In this document: positions 49,729 to 58,753 of the stretch, piece after piece | Numbering within the stretch: the first letter of the stretch is position 1 | Layout: each line of letters opens with the position of its first letter | NCBI GenBank assembly: GCA_944323735.1 | Contig: CALUTO010000006.1 | Span: forward strand, 8,000-71,999 | Length of the DNA stretch: 64,000 bases | Reading direction: 5' to 3' | Source of the DNA: Candidatus Gastranaerophilales bacterium | GTDB taxonomy: Bacteria; Cyanobacteriota; Vampirovibrionia; Gastranaerophilales; Gastranaerophilaceae | The notes under the pieces: model-generated | Told to the model about the DNA's origin: nothing | The model's input: the letters and a program-made list of their open reading frames with translations, nothing else | Database searches by the model: none | Position numbers and translations under genes: made by a program

Positions 49729-50133
49729 TTACTTCAAATAGGATATAAATTTTTTGTCTATTTCTATTTTATAGCCGCACCCGTCAAAGGTTTCATACCT
49801 GCCTGAGAGAATTTTGTTGCTGTGATTGGGATATTTGCGGCAGTATAGTGACCTGAACATATAGTCACGGCAGGTTCCTTTATCCGTAAGTGAGTTGCAG
49901 CGAAAAAGGAGCGTGCCGTCTGCTTTTTTCCCTGATATTGAAAAATTGTTGTATACTTTGTTGAACTTTTTCATTCGCTCAAACTCTTCTTCTGTTTTTA
50001 CTGTATTATCGAGTATGTAAAACACAATGTTACTGCAGCAGACACCGCATTTATTACATTTTCCGGTGACTTTGTATCTGGAAGAAAACATTTTTTGCAA
50101 ATGAAATATAATGTATTGATAAATTTTTTTCAT
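49729..50133 (-). CDS. YkgJ-family Cys-cluster protein (CxxCxxCC, UPF0153)
   Basis: 134 aa. GKCNKCGVCCSN, later CNSL..GTCRDY..RSLYCRKYP. Confidence 0.7.
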   Translation of the reverse strand: MKKIYQYIIFHLQKMFSSRYKVTGKCNKCGVCCSNIVFYILDNTVKTEEEFERMKKFNKVYNNFSISGKKADGTLLFRCNSLTDKGTCRDYMFRSLYCRKYPNHSNKILSGRYETFDGCGYKIEIDKKFISYLK

Positions 50134-50537
50134 TTGTCTAAAACCCAGAAATCATTTCTAGCTATTACCCTGTCAAAGTCGTTAAATCCGTATATCTGCA
50201 TAAAATAGTATCCGGGGCGGTTGATGACCACGTAATTTACATAGTTATCTTTTGTTGAGTCGATTTTATAGTCTTTTGCCCAGTATATTGAGTATCCCCA
50301 GTGCTCAGTTTTTTCTTCTTTTTTTATGACCTGTACACGTATGTAGTCGCTTTTAAAACCTTTCGGATTAATCAATGCATAGTGGACAGGTTCTCCGACT
50401 CTGAAATGTCTGGAGGGCTGATTTATTGTTGCCGGAGTAACCGGCTGCGTATTAAACAGCAGTAAAGGCTTATCACCGCCGCCAAAGGCTGCTAACATAA
50501 AAGATAATGACATTTTTACAACAGAACCAAGAGACAT
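50130..50537 (-). CDS. hypothetical exported beta-rich protein
   Basis: 135 aa. N-terminal hydrophobic segment; no motif recognised. ATGA-type overlap with the YkgJ-like gene. Confidence 0.6.
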   Translation of the reverse strand: MSLGSVVKMSLSFMLAAFGGGDKPLLLFNTQPVTPATINQPSRHFRVGEPVHYALINPKGFKSDYIRVQVIKKEEKTEHWGYSIYWAKDYKIDSTKDNYVNYVVINRPGYYFMQIYGFNDFDRVIARNDFWVLDK

Positions 50538-50542
50538 ATCGT

Positions 50543-52528
50543 TTATTCGGATTTAAGGTAATTAATTTTTGCTTTTATTTCCGATTTTAGCTGATTGTTG
50601 TCAGACAAATCCAAAAATTTCTGATAATTTTCTATTGCTGCATCAATATTTTTTTCTTTTTCATATGCAAGTGCAAGCGCATAGTATGCATAAGAGTATT
50701 TAGGATTTATTGTAACAGCTTTTTCAAGAAGTTCTTTTGATTTTGTAAGATTATTCAGCTCTGCATAACAGAGACCCGCATTATAAAGGGCATCTGTATT
50801 TTTGTAATTTATATCCAGTGCTTTTTCATAGTATTGCAGAGCAATATCCGTACACTGTTTTTCTTTGTATGCATTTCCAAGTTTTATAAGGGTTGCGGTG
50901 TCATTCGGATTTATTGCAATAGCTTTGCTGTATTCAGCAATTGCCTCATCAAGCTTCTTTTGTTTTGAGTAGGCATCTGCAAGACCTGCATGCGCTTCAA
51001 AAACTGTTTCATCCATTGCGATTACTTTGTTAAATGCAGCCTGTGCTTCTTCTATGCGGTCATATTTTGAAAGAGTATTAGCATAGTCCACTATAACATT
51101 TTTGTTATCCGGATCGATTTCCATTGCCCGTTCATACTGCTCAATGGCTTTTGTTTTTATGCCAAGCTCATCATAAGACTTCGCAATCAATCGTCGTGCG
51201 TTGACATCATTTGTATCAAGAGCAACTGCTTCCTCATAGCTGCTTATTGCTTTTCTCTGGTTGTTTTCGTCTGCAAACGTATTACCCTGAGCTATGTAAG
51301 CTTTTGAGAGATATTCCTTGACTTTTTCTTCGGGTTTTTGTGCATATAAATTTTTGTATATTGCAATTGCCTCTTGATAACTGCCTGTTGCATGCAATGC
51401 AATAGCTTTATTGAACAGAAGATTGTAGTCATCTTTATGTTTAACGAGCAGTTCATCATATACTCTTATTGCGTCTGTGTAGTTTTTGTTCAGGTGGTAG
51501 CATCTTGCAAGTTCGCTTTTTACCTCTTCATTATCCGGTGCAAGTGTCAAAGACTTGTTGTATGCTTCGATTGCCTTGTTATACTGCTCTATTTTCTGGT
51601 AAACAATACCCAGATTGTAATACCCCATTTCATCTTTCGGATAATATGTCAGATATTCGTTATATTTTTCAATGGCATCCTGGGTTTTGCCCATGTCAGC
51701 AAGCAGGTTTGCGTAGTCAAATTTGAGGTAGTGTAAATCAGGTTTTATTTCAAAAGCTTTTCTGAACTGAATTAAAGCCAGTTCTTCTTTTTGAAGTTTT
51801 ACATATGCAAGTGCAAGATTTCCGTGAGCAGTGTAGTCTGACGGGTCATTTTTTATAGCTTCCTTTAGCATTTCTGCTGCATTCGGATAGTCTCCTGATT
51901 TCAGCATAGCAAGCCCGTAGTTGGAAAATTCGGTAAACGCAGACGGATTTTTTGTATATAAAACAGCGTATTCATCCGCTGCATCCTGATACTTGTCAAG
52001 CCTCATATAGATAGAAGCGAGACTTTCTCTTGCTTCGGTATTGTCGGGATAGTAGCCGAGAAATGTTTTGTAATACTGCACGGCTTCAATATTATCACCC
52101 TGAAGAGCCTTTACGTTAGCAAGATTTAAATAATTATATTTATATTCGGGGAAAATGGTAAGTGCCTGATTGTACGCTAAAAATGCATTGTCATAGTCAT
52201 TTTGCTGCTGGAGAATATTGCCTATGCTAATATAAACGACTGCATCATTAGGCTTTAGTTTAATGGCTTTTTTGTATGCAATAAGTGCGTTGTTCCAGTC
52301 GCCGATTTCCGAATACATTCCGCCGAGTTTTATGTAAAGAATTGCTTCATCCGGAGAAAGTTCAAGTGCACTTTTGAGCTGGTCAACCGCTTCAAGATAC
52401 TTATTTTGCTTTTCAAGCTGATTGGCATTTTGAAAAAGTTTATACGCATCGTCACTCATTTTTGCGTGAGATACAAGGGGCTGAACTGCCAGCATTAAAG
52501 ATAGTGCTACAATAAGTCTCCGTTCCAT
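50543..52528 (-). CDS. exported tetratricopeptide-repeat protein
   Basis: 661 aa. Signal peptide, then ~18 consecutive TPR units (repeated A..Y..AL...P......N.G pattern). Confidence 0.88.
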   Translation of the reverse strand: MERRLIVALSLMLAVQPLVSHAKMSDDAYKLFQNANQLEKQNKYLEAVDQLKSALELSPDEAILYIKLGGMYSEIGDWNNALIAYKKAIKLKPNDAVVYISIGNILQQQNDYDNAFLAYNQALTIFPEYKYNYLNLANVKALQGDNIEAVQYYKTFLGYYPDNTEARESLASIYMRLDKYQDAADEYAVLYTKNPSAFTEFSNYGLAMLKSGDYPNAAEMLKEAIKNDPSDYTAHGNLALAYVKLQKEELALIQFRKAFEIKPDLHYLKFDYANLLADMGKTQDAIEKYNEYLTYYPKDEMGYYNLGIVYQKIEQYNKAIEAYNKSLTLAPDNEEVKSELARCYHLNKNYTDAIRVYDELLVKHKDDYNLLFNKAIALHATGSYQEAIAIYKNLYAQKPEEKVKEYLSKAYIAQGNTFADENNQRKAISSYEEAVALDTNDVNARRLIAKSYDELGIKTKAIEQYERAMEIDPDNKNVIVDYANTLSKYDRIEEAQAAFNKVIAMDETVFEAHAGLADAYSKQKKLDEAIAEYSKAIAINPNDTATLIKLGNAYKEKQCTDIALQYYEKALDINYKNTDALYNAGLCYAELNNLTKSKELLEKAVTINPKYSYAYYALALAYEKEKNIDAAIENYQKFLDLSDNNQLKSEIKAKINYLKSE

Positions 52529-52575
52529 GCCAATATTATCTAATGGTTTTTAAAAAAAATCAATATTTAATAATT

Positions 52576-53484
52576 TTATTTGTTTATACTTTTACCAAAA
52601 AGAACCCGCAATCCTCCAAAAGGCTTTCTGAGAGTGCATTTTATTCCTGTTGTGATTTCATTGAGATTTGATGTAATTGCTGTTGCATTAGCCAGTGCAC
52701 ACTCGAGCATGGGCATGCTCTGGCAGATTGCGTCTGTTGTGCCGCCGAGATTTTCGCTTACACCTGTGAATGATTGCGTAATATTTTTTACATTAGTACT
52801 TGTTGCATCAATATTGTTAAGTAAGGCTTCTAACTTTTCTCCTGTTATTGTTTTTTCTATGCGTGCTGTTACCTGTGTTGTGTTCATTGTTGCTGTTGCA
52901 AGATTTTTTGCTGATATATCAATATTTTTCCGGTTTTCTTCAACTATTGAATTTAGCATAGCTATCAAATCATTCAGCCCTGCTGTGCTGTATTCAAGGT
53001 TTGACATTGTATTAGCTGCGTTTTTTTCTATTTCCTCGAGTTTTTCCATATCAAGGCTGGAAAAGTATGAATGGGCGTCAATAGTAGTTGTCCCTGTTAT
53101 GATGGAATTGTTTTTTAGTCTTAAAGGAACAGGATTTTCAGGCAGAATTAAATCAACATAGTCCTTTTCAAATCTCCCCCTTTTTATAATCTTGAGTTTT
53201 GCCGTGATATTTTCAGGGAGGTTTAAGTCATGCGGATAGAGTACCAGTCTTACCAGTGTGTGCTGATAATCTTTGCTGTGGCGGACTTTTACAATTTTTC
53301 CTACTTTATGACCCTTGTAAAAAACTGGTGCGTGATGATGAAATGGTCTTGCTTCCTTAAATTTTACCGTAATATATGTATACATCACCATTCTGTAAAA
53401 GGTGACAATACAGGTTATGAGCACAATAAGCAGTGCCAGCAGTAATTTGTGTTTTGTCCATATGTTTTTTATAAAATTCTTCAT
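52576..53484 (-). CDS. MlaD/MCE-domain membrane protein
   Basis: 302 aa. N-terminal TM helix, MCE-like beta domain (VKFKEARPFHHHAPVFYKGHKVGKIVKV), long helical C-terminus. No mlaE/mlaF adjacent. Confidence 0.6.
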   Translation of the reverse strand: MKNFIKNIWTKHKLLLALLIVLITCIVTFYRMVMYTYITVKFKEARPFHHHAPVFYKGHKVGKIVKVRHSKDYQHTLVRLVLYPHDLNLPENITAKLKIIKRGRFEKDYVDLILPENPVPLRLKNNSIITGTTTIDAHSYFSSLDMEKLEEIEKNAANTMSNLEYSTAGLNDLIAMLNSIVEENRKNIDISAKNLATATMNTTQVTARIEKTITGEKLEALLNNIDATSTNVKNITQSFTGVSENLGGTTDAICQSMPMLECALANATAITSNLNEITTGIKCTLRKPFGGLRVLFGKSINK

Positions 53485-53577
53485 AAAAAGACTATATAAA
53501 ACTTTAATGGAAAAACATATTCGCTTTTTGGAGTGCCGGTCAGGCTATATATTTTGAAGCATACGGAAGGGAATACA

Positions 53578-53612
53578 ACAAAAAAACGAACCCTTTCGGA
53601 TTCGTTTTTTTG
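53578..53612 (-). terminator. intrinsic terminator after rpmA
   Basis: AAAAAACGAACCC-tttc-GGATTCGTTTTTTT. Confidence 0.8.
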
Positions 53613-53630
53613 TTTAATGTGTTTAAATCA

Positions 53631-53888
53631 TTAGCCGGCTGCGTATACGCTGACCTGCTTTTTATCTCTTCTGTGAGGCTCAAATGCCACTTTCCCGTCA
53701 ATAAGCGCAAAAAGTGTATCATCTTTGCCGATGCCTACATTGTTTCCGGGATGAAATTTTGTGCCTCTCTGGCGGACTATGATATTTCCTGCTTTAACAG
53801 TTTCACCGCCGAATTTTTTCACACCAAGTCGCTTGCTTTCGCTGTCACGACCGTTTTTTGATGAGCCTACGCCCTTCTTATGTGCCAT
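53631..53888 (-). CDS. rpmA: 50S ribosomal protein L27
   Basis: 85 aa. [24 protein letters not shown]. Confidence 0.97.
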   Translation of the reverse strand: MAHKKGVGSSKNGRDSESKRLGVKKFGGETVKAGNIIVRQRGTKFHPGNNVGIGKDDTLFALIDGKVAFEPHRRDKKQVSVYAAG

Positions 53889-53906
53889 TTTATATCTCCT
53901 TTATAT

Positions 53907-54263
53907 TTATTCTTCTACGGTTTCAGCTTCCTGTGCTTTTGCTCTTGAGGCTGTTGTTCTGATTTTATTAATCATAACTCTGGTAAAAGCCTGTCTGTGA
54001 CCCTGTTTTTTTCTGTAGCCTTTTTTAGCTCTTTGTTTGTAAACAATTACTTTTTTAGCTTTATCATGTTTAACAATAACACCTTCAACAGAAGCCTTTT
54101 CTACATAGGGCTGACCGACTTTTGATTTTTTTCCGTTAACGAGCATGATTACTTTGTCAAAAACGACTTTTTCATCAGCATTTCCTTCGAGCAATTCGAT
54201 ATCAGTATAACGGCCTTCTTCAAGTTTATACTGTTTACCGCCTGTTTCTACTATTGCGTACAT
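53907..54263 (-). CDS. rplU: 50S ribosomal protein L21 (with short acidic C-terminal extension)
   Basis: 118 aa. [17 protein letters not shown]. Confidence 0.95.
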   Translation of the reverse strand: MYAIVETGGKQYKLEEGRYTDIELLEGNADEKVVFDKVIMLVNGKKSKVGQPYVEKASVEGVIVKHDKAKKVIVYKQRAKKGYRKKQGHRQAFTRVMINKIRTTASRAKAQEAETVEE

Positions 54264-54346
54264 TTTCTTTTCCTTTCGCTTCGGGAGCTGCAGCCAGACC
54301 GGAAATAAATAATTTATCCGGGTGCATTTAATGGCAGCTTACCCAT
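54264..54346 (-). promoter_or_regulatory. structured 5' UTR of rplU-rpmA (candidate ribosomal-protein leader)
   Basis: Minus strand GGGUAAGCUGCC...(inner hairpin CCGGAUAAAUUAUUUAUUUCCGG)...GGCUGCAGCUCCC. The long-range stem encloses a hairpin and lies immediately upstream of the SD. Confidence 0.3.
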
Positions 54347-54488
54347 CTAATACCATTTTGACTATAACAAGTACATAAACTACTGTCAAGATTGATTGCC
54401 GGTTATTATTTTAAATACTTTACAAACGACCGCAGGTTTATCCCGTCAAAAGGATTGAAAAGCTGAAAAAAAACGTTATAAATTAAAT

Positions 54489-54989
54489 ATGAAAAAACTG
54501 TTAATATCCGCAATAGTCTTTCTTGCATTTTTTCTGCCGGCTTTTTCCGAAACAGTCATAAAAGGCGGTGTGGCTCTGTCTGATAGGGTTCCGAAGGGCT
54601 TTTTTGGCACCTGGAAGGTGACGTCCGTCCAGACTTATACAAACAATCCAATGCTTTTTACGGAAAAAAGTACAGACTACTGGAACTTATCTAAAGAAGA
54701 TGACGTCATTACACTATCAAATCCTGTGTCAGGTGCAATAGCTTCTGTTACGGTAGAAGAGGTAAAAAACAATCAGATTACATTTACAAGGAGGAAAACA
54801 GACCGTAACGAAAATGTTACGGAAACACCTACTCTGACATTAAATGGTGAAAATTTTTCTGGAACTGATAGAATAGTAATAGAAAAGTACAAATACGGCA
54901 GGCTGGTTAGTACAGACATTGTAGAATACCGGATTAAGGCTGTAAAAGTTTCGGGAGACGGCGCAAATAAAATTCTGGGCATAAATTAA
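54489..54989 (+). CDS. hypothetical secreted protein (lipocalin-like wording)
   Basis: 166 aa. Signal peptide MKKLLISAIVFLAFFLPAFS, then GFFGTWKV and a beta-rich sequence. Confidence 0.65.
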   Translation: MKKLLISAIVFLAFFLPAFSETVIKGGVALSDRVPKGFFGTWKVTSVQTYTNNPMLFTEKSTDYWNLSKEDDVITLSNPVSGAIASVTVEEVKNNQITFTRRKTDRNENVTETPTLTLNGENFSGTDRIVIEKYKYGRLVSTDIVEYRIKAVKVSGDGANKILGIN

Positions 54990-55019
54990 GCGAGATTGTT
55001 ATGAAAGAGGGTTTTAAAA

Positions 55020-55991
55020 ATGAGTGAAAAAAAGGTTTTGGAATATGATATTGTAATTTTGGGCGGCGGGCCTGCAGGTATTTCGGCCGGTATTTATGCG
55101 GCAAGAGGCGCAGCAAAAACCGCAATCATTGATACTTCTATGCTCGGGGGCCAGCCTTCGAATTACCTTGAGCTTGAGAATTATCCGGGATTTGGTAAAA
55201 TAGGCGGGTTTGACATGATGGAAAAATTTGAACAGCATGTTGACATGTTTGATATTGATAAATATCCGATGCAGGAAATAATAAATATTGACCTGAATTC
55301 AGGTGTTAAATCAATAGAAACAGCTGATTATCTTTTTAATGCAAAAGCAGTAATAATAGCAACGGGTGCGCAGTCTAAAAAACTGGGTATTCCCGGAGAA
55401 AAAGAGTTTTTTGGCAGAGGCGTAAGTTATTGTGCTGTCTGTGACGGTGCGTTTTACAAGGACAAAACAGTAGCTGTAATAGGCGGCGGCAATGCTGCTG
55501 TCGAAGAGGGTGCATACCTTACAAAATTTGCAAAAAAAGTATATATAATTCATCGTCGTGACTCGTTAAGAGCAGATAAAATCGCTCAGGAGCGTGCATT
55601 TAAAAATGAAAAAGTAGAGTTTGTTTATGATACGATACCGCTTGAAATTACCGGCAAAGAGACTGTCGAAACGCTGGTAGTAAAGAATGTAAAAACCGGA
55701 GAAATCTCTAAAATAAACGTAGACGGAGTTTTTCCCTATATCGGGTTTGCGCCTAATGTAGATTATATCAATGCAAGGCTGCAGCAGGATACTGCCGGAT
55801 TTATAGTCACAGACGAAGCTATGCGTACTTCAATCGAAGGTGTTTTTGCCGCAGGTGATGTTAGAACAACCCCGCTAAGACAGGTCATTACAGCGGCTGC
55901 CGACGGTGCTGTGGCAGGGTGTTATGCTTTAAAGTATATAGATGAAAACATTTCACAACCGCTTACAACAGGTGCTTCAGAGGCTATATGA
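55020..55991 (+). CDS. trxB: thioredoxin-disulfide reductase
   Basis: 323 aa. ILGGGPAGISAG, redox-active CAVCDG, VIGGGNAAVEEG, HRRDSLRA. Confidence 0.94.
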   Translation: MSEKKVLEYDIVILGGGPAGISAGIYAARGAAKTAIIDTSMLGGQPSNYLELENYPGFGKIGGFDMMEKFEQHVDMFDIDKYPMQEIINIDLNSGVKSIETADYLFNAKAVIIATGAQSKKLGIPGEKEFFGRGVSYCAVCDGAFYKDKTVAVIGGGNAAVEEGAYLTKFAKKVYIIHRRDSLRADKIAQERAFKNEKVEFVYDTIPLEITGKETVETLVVKNVKTGEISKINVDGVFPYIGFAPNVDYINARLQQDTAGFIVTDEAMRTSIEGVFAAGDVRTTPLRQVITAAADGAVAGCYALKYIDENISQPLTTGASEAI

Positions 55992-56146
55992 TTACTAAAG
56001 AAGTAAATGACTGGATAAAAAATGTTAAATTGCATAAATATTCTTCTTACTATGATGCAATAGAAGAGTTTTCCGGATTTGTGCGGTATTTGACAAAAGA
56101 CGAATTAATCAGGATAAAGCGTATTCTTGAGTCAGAATACAGATAA
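55988..56146 (+). CDS. small hypothetical protein (52 aa) translationally coupled to trxB
   Basis: Hand-translated MITKEVNDWIKNVKLHKYSSYYDAIEEFSGFVRYLTKDELIRIKRILESEYR. ATGA overlap with the trxB stop. The terminator follows. Confidence 0.4.
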   Translation: MITKEVNDWIKNVKLHKYSSYYDAIEEFSGFVRYLTKDELIRIKRILESEYR

Positions 56147-56165
56147 TTGCTGATAAACAGTAAAT

Positions 56166-56198
56166 AAAAAAGACAGTCAAATTCGACTGTCTTTTTTA
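56166..56198. terminator. bidirectional terminator
   Basis: AAAAAAGACAGTC-aaattc-GACTGTCTTTTTT. Confidence 0.85.
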
Positions 56199-56217
56199 TG
56201 ATTTGTTTAAGATTTTA

Positions 56218-56448
56218 TTAGTCGTATACATAGTTTATTAAAGCGGCTTCTCTTGCTCTTTTTACCGCACGTGCCAGCTCTCTTTGATGTTCGGCACATG
56301 TACCGGTAATTCTTCTCGGGAGAATTTTACCTGCTTCTGTTAAGTATCTTCTGATTTTTTGTGCATCTTTGTAGTCGATAACTTCAATTTTATCTGCACA
56401 GAAGTTACAATTTTTACGTTTTTTCTTGTCTGCTTGTTCTCTTGCCAT
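56218..56448 (-). CDS. rpsR: 30S ribosomal protein S18
   Basis: 76 aa. [40 protein letters not shown]. Confidence 0.96.
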   Translation of the reverse strand: MAREQADKKKRKNCNFCADKIEVIDYKDAQKIRRYLTEAGKILPRRITGTCAEHQRELARAVKRAREAALINYVYD

Positions 56449-56493
56449 ATTATTATCCTTTATTTTCTGATTAAAATTCTTATATTTTATAGT

Positions 56494-56889
56494 TTAAAAC
56501 GGTATTTCGTCTTCTGCAATAAGGTCATCAGAGAAATCCTGCTGTCCGAATTGAACAATGCTGTCACCTGATTGTGCAGCAGGTGCACTGCCTGAGCCTG
56601 CCAGATGTTCAAGTGCAAAACAGTCTATTTCCACTATTTTTCTCTCAGTGCCGTTTTCGTTTTTTACTGTATTTGTTTGAAGTCTGCCTTCGACTATAAT
56701 TTTGTCACCCTTATGCACTGTTTTTTCAACAGTGTCTGCAAAATTACCTTTTGTTATAACTCTGACGACAGATTCTTCACTGTCGGAAATGTTCAAAGCA
56801 AATGCCGTAATAGGTACGTTGTTAGACGTAAAACGTTTTTCCGGTTCTCTGTAAACAGTTCCTGAGATTACTGCCTTGGCTAAGCTCAT
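56494..56889 (-). CDS. ssb: single-stranded DNA-binding protein
   Basis: 131 aa. OB-fold, C-terminal acidic tip DLIAEDEIPF. Confidence 0.93.
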   Translation of the reverse strand: MSLAKAVISGTVYREPEKRFTSNNVPITAFALNISDSEESVVRVITKGNFADTVEKTVHKGDKIIVEGRLQTNTVKNENGTERKIVEIDCFALEHLAGSGSAPAAQSGDSIVQFGQQDFSDDLIAEDEIPF

Positions 56890-56903
56890 TTCTCTCTCCT
56901 GAC

Positions 56904-57200
56904 TTATGCTTTAACTTTTGCTTCTTCCATGAACATAGTTCTTAAAATATTTTCATTGAGTCTTAGTTGTCTTTTGAACTCAGCGACTTTATCTTCGGGA
57001 AGTTCCATTTTTTGTGCAACAAAATGTCCGTCTCTGAAATTCTGGATATCATGAGCGAGTTTTTTTCTTCCCATTTTGTCTGTATCGTAAACATTTCCGC
57101 CGAGAGCGGCAACATTTTCTTCTATTTTTGCAATCACTTTATCAGCCTCTTCTACGTCCATATTAGGCTTTATGATTGATAATAATTCGTATTTTTTCAA
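56904..57200 (-). CDS. rpsF: 30S ribosomal protein S6
   Basis: Start revised to the in-frame TTG (LKKYELLSIIKPN...), preceded by AAGGAG. The track ORF extends to 57266 through the SD. Confidence 0.9.
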   Translation of the reverse strand: MKKYELLSIIKPNMDVEEADKVIAKIEENVAALGGNVYDTDKMGRKKLAHDIQNFRDGHFVAQKMELPEDKVAEFKRQLRLNENILRTMFMEEAKVKA

Positions 57201-57359
57201 TTTTTTGCTCCTTAATTCATAATTAACCAGTATTTGCAATTTAACATAAACATATTTTGAATACAATTACTTTTATCTGCAAAAAGTTATGCAGCTTAAA
57301 AAAAGTTAAAACTAATTGCGGCAACCGGTGTTTGATGACAACATAAATTTATTTTTTGT

Positions 57360-57893
57360 TTAATTTTGCGGCTGTTTCGATTTTAATTTTTTATCAGCTT
57401 TTGTATTTTCTTTGTCTGACTCATTTTGTTCTTCACAGTCATTGCTTTCATCGTTTTCATTGTTCTCTTCATTTTCTGTGTCATCATCCAGATTTTCACA
57501 GTCATCTGATGAGTTTTCAGTTTCATCGTCTTTTGACTCTTCGTTTGCCTCAAGTGCTTTTTGTGCCATTTCTTCCTCTTCGGCTTTTTCAATGGCCTCT
57601 ATTTCTTCCATTGTTCTTGCACGAATTACGGGAATGTTAAGCATCAGTGCAATCGCATCGCCTTCTCCTTCAAGGTTTAAGTCAAGAGCTTCCTGATCAA
57701 TTTCAATGTATTTTGAAATAACTTTTATAAGCTGCTCTCTCATTTTTTGCATTGTAAAAGTGTCGAGATTTGTTCTGTCATGCATTAAAACGAGCTTCAG
57801 TCTGTTTGAAGCAATGACTTTTGATGAGTCGCCTTTTTCTGCCTGGAAAAAGCCGATTACTTTATTGTAAAGATTGGTAAAAATATCTTTCAT
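57360..57893 (-). CDS. minE: cell division topological specificity factor MinE with long acidic C-terminal extension
   Basis: 177 aa. The first ~90 aa are MinE (SSKVIASNRLKLVLMHDR...ALMLNIPV). This is followed by an ~85-aa Asp/Glu/Asn-rich tail. Confidence 0.88.
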   Translation of the reverse strand: MKDIFTNLYNKVIGFFQAEKGDSSKVIASNRLKLVLMHDRTNLDTFTMQKMREQLIKVISKYIEIDQEALDLNLEGEGDAIALMLNIPVIRARTMEEIEAIEKAEEEEMAQKALEANEESKDDETENSSDDCENLDDDTENEENNENDESNDCEEQNESDKENTKADKKLKSKQPQN

Positions 57894-57904
57894 CAGCTTT
57901 CCTC

Positions 57905-58717
57905 CTATGCTTTTGCCTTAATTTTACTGAAGAAATGTTTTATTTTGTCAATGACTCCGTGCGGTTCATCTATGTCCAGGAACGGAACTTCTTCACCCAG
58001 TATTCTTAGAGCGACATTTTTGTATGCTTTGCCTGCAAGCGAGTTTTCATCATTGACAATCGGTTCGCCTCTGTTTGTTGAAGTAATTATGCCTGTGTCT
58101 TCGGGGATAACACCGATTAAATTGCAGGAAAGAATATCAACGACCTCGTCAACGCTCATCATGTCGTTTGCCTTGATGAGATTGGGGCGGACTCTGTTGA
58201 CAAGAAGCTTGTAAGATTTTATTTCCTCTTTAGCTTCAAGCAGTCCGATTATTCTGTCTGCGTCTCTGACAGCAGACATTTCGGGAGTAGTTACAACGAT
58301 TGCCTCGGACGCACCGCTTATTGCAGTCTGAAATCCGTGTTCAATGCCTGCGGGGCAGTCAACCAGAATAAAATCATAATCCTCCTGCAGCTCTTCGCAA
58401 ATTTCCTTAAGCTGTTCTGCGCTTACGGCTGTTTTGTCACGGGTTTGTGCAGCTGCAAGCAGGCATAAATTCGGATTTTTTTTGTCTTTAACAAGTGCCT
58501 GTTTGAGCTTGCATCTTTCTTCAACAACATCGACAAGTGTATACACTATGCGGTTTTCAAGCCCGAGAAGCAAATCCAGATTTCTCAAGCCGATATCAGT
58601 ATCAATTAAAACCACCTTTGCACCGCTTTTCGCCAGAGCTGTGCCGATGTTTGCGCTGGTCGTAGTTTTTCCTACGCCGCCTTTTCCTGAAGTAATTACA
58701 ATTACTCGCCCTGTCAT
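57905..58717 (-). CDS. minD: septum site-determining ATPase MinD
   Basis: 270 aa. SGKGGVGKTT, C-terminal amphipathic helix IDKIKHFFSKIKAKA. Confidence 0.96.
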   Translation of the reverse strand: MTGRVIVITSGKGGVGKTTTSANIGTALAKSGAKVVLIDTDIGLRNLDLLLGLENRIVYTLVDVVEERCKLKQALVKDKKNPNLCLLAAAQTRDKTAVSAEQLKEICEELQEDYDFILVDCPAGIEHGFQTAISGASEAIVVTTPEMSAVRDADRIIGLLEAKEEIKSYKLLVNRVRPNLIKANDMMSVDEVVDILSCNLIGVIPEDTGIITSTNRGEPIVNDENSLAGKAYKNVALRILGEEVPFLDIDEPHGVIDKIKHFFSKIKAKA

Positions 58718-58753
58718 TATTTTTTACTCCTTATTATTTAATATGTGTCAGTT

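Noticed and set aside
52580-53161. 193-aa + strand ORF
   Set aside because: Antisense to the MlaD-like gene, with a low-complexity hydrophobic translation and no start context.
57356-57696. Several 69-94-aa ORFs in other frames and on the other strand across the minE tail
   Set aside because: They are by-products of the GAA/GAT-rich low-complexity DNA encoding the acidic MinE extension. Their translations are poly-basic or poly-Ser/Phe strings.
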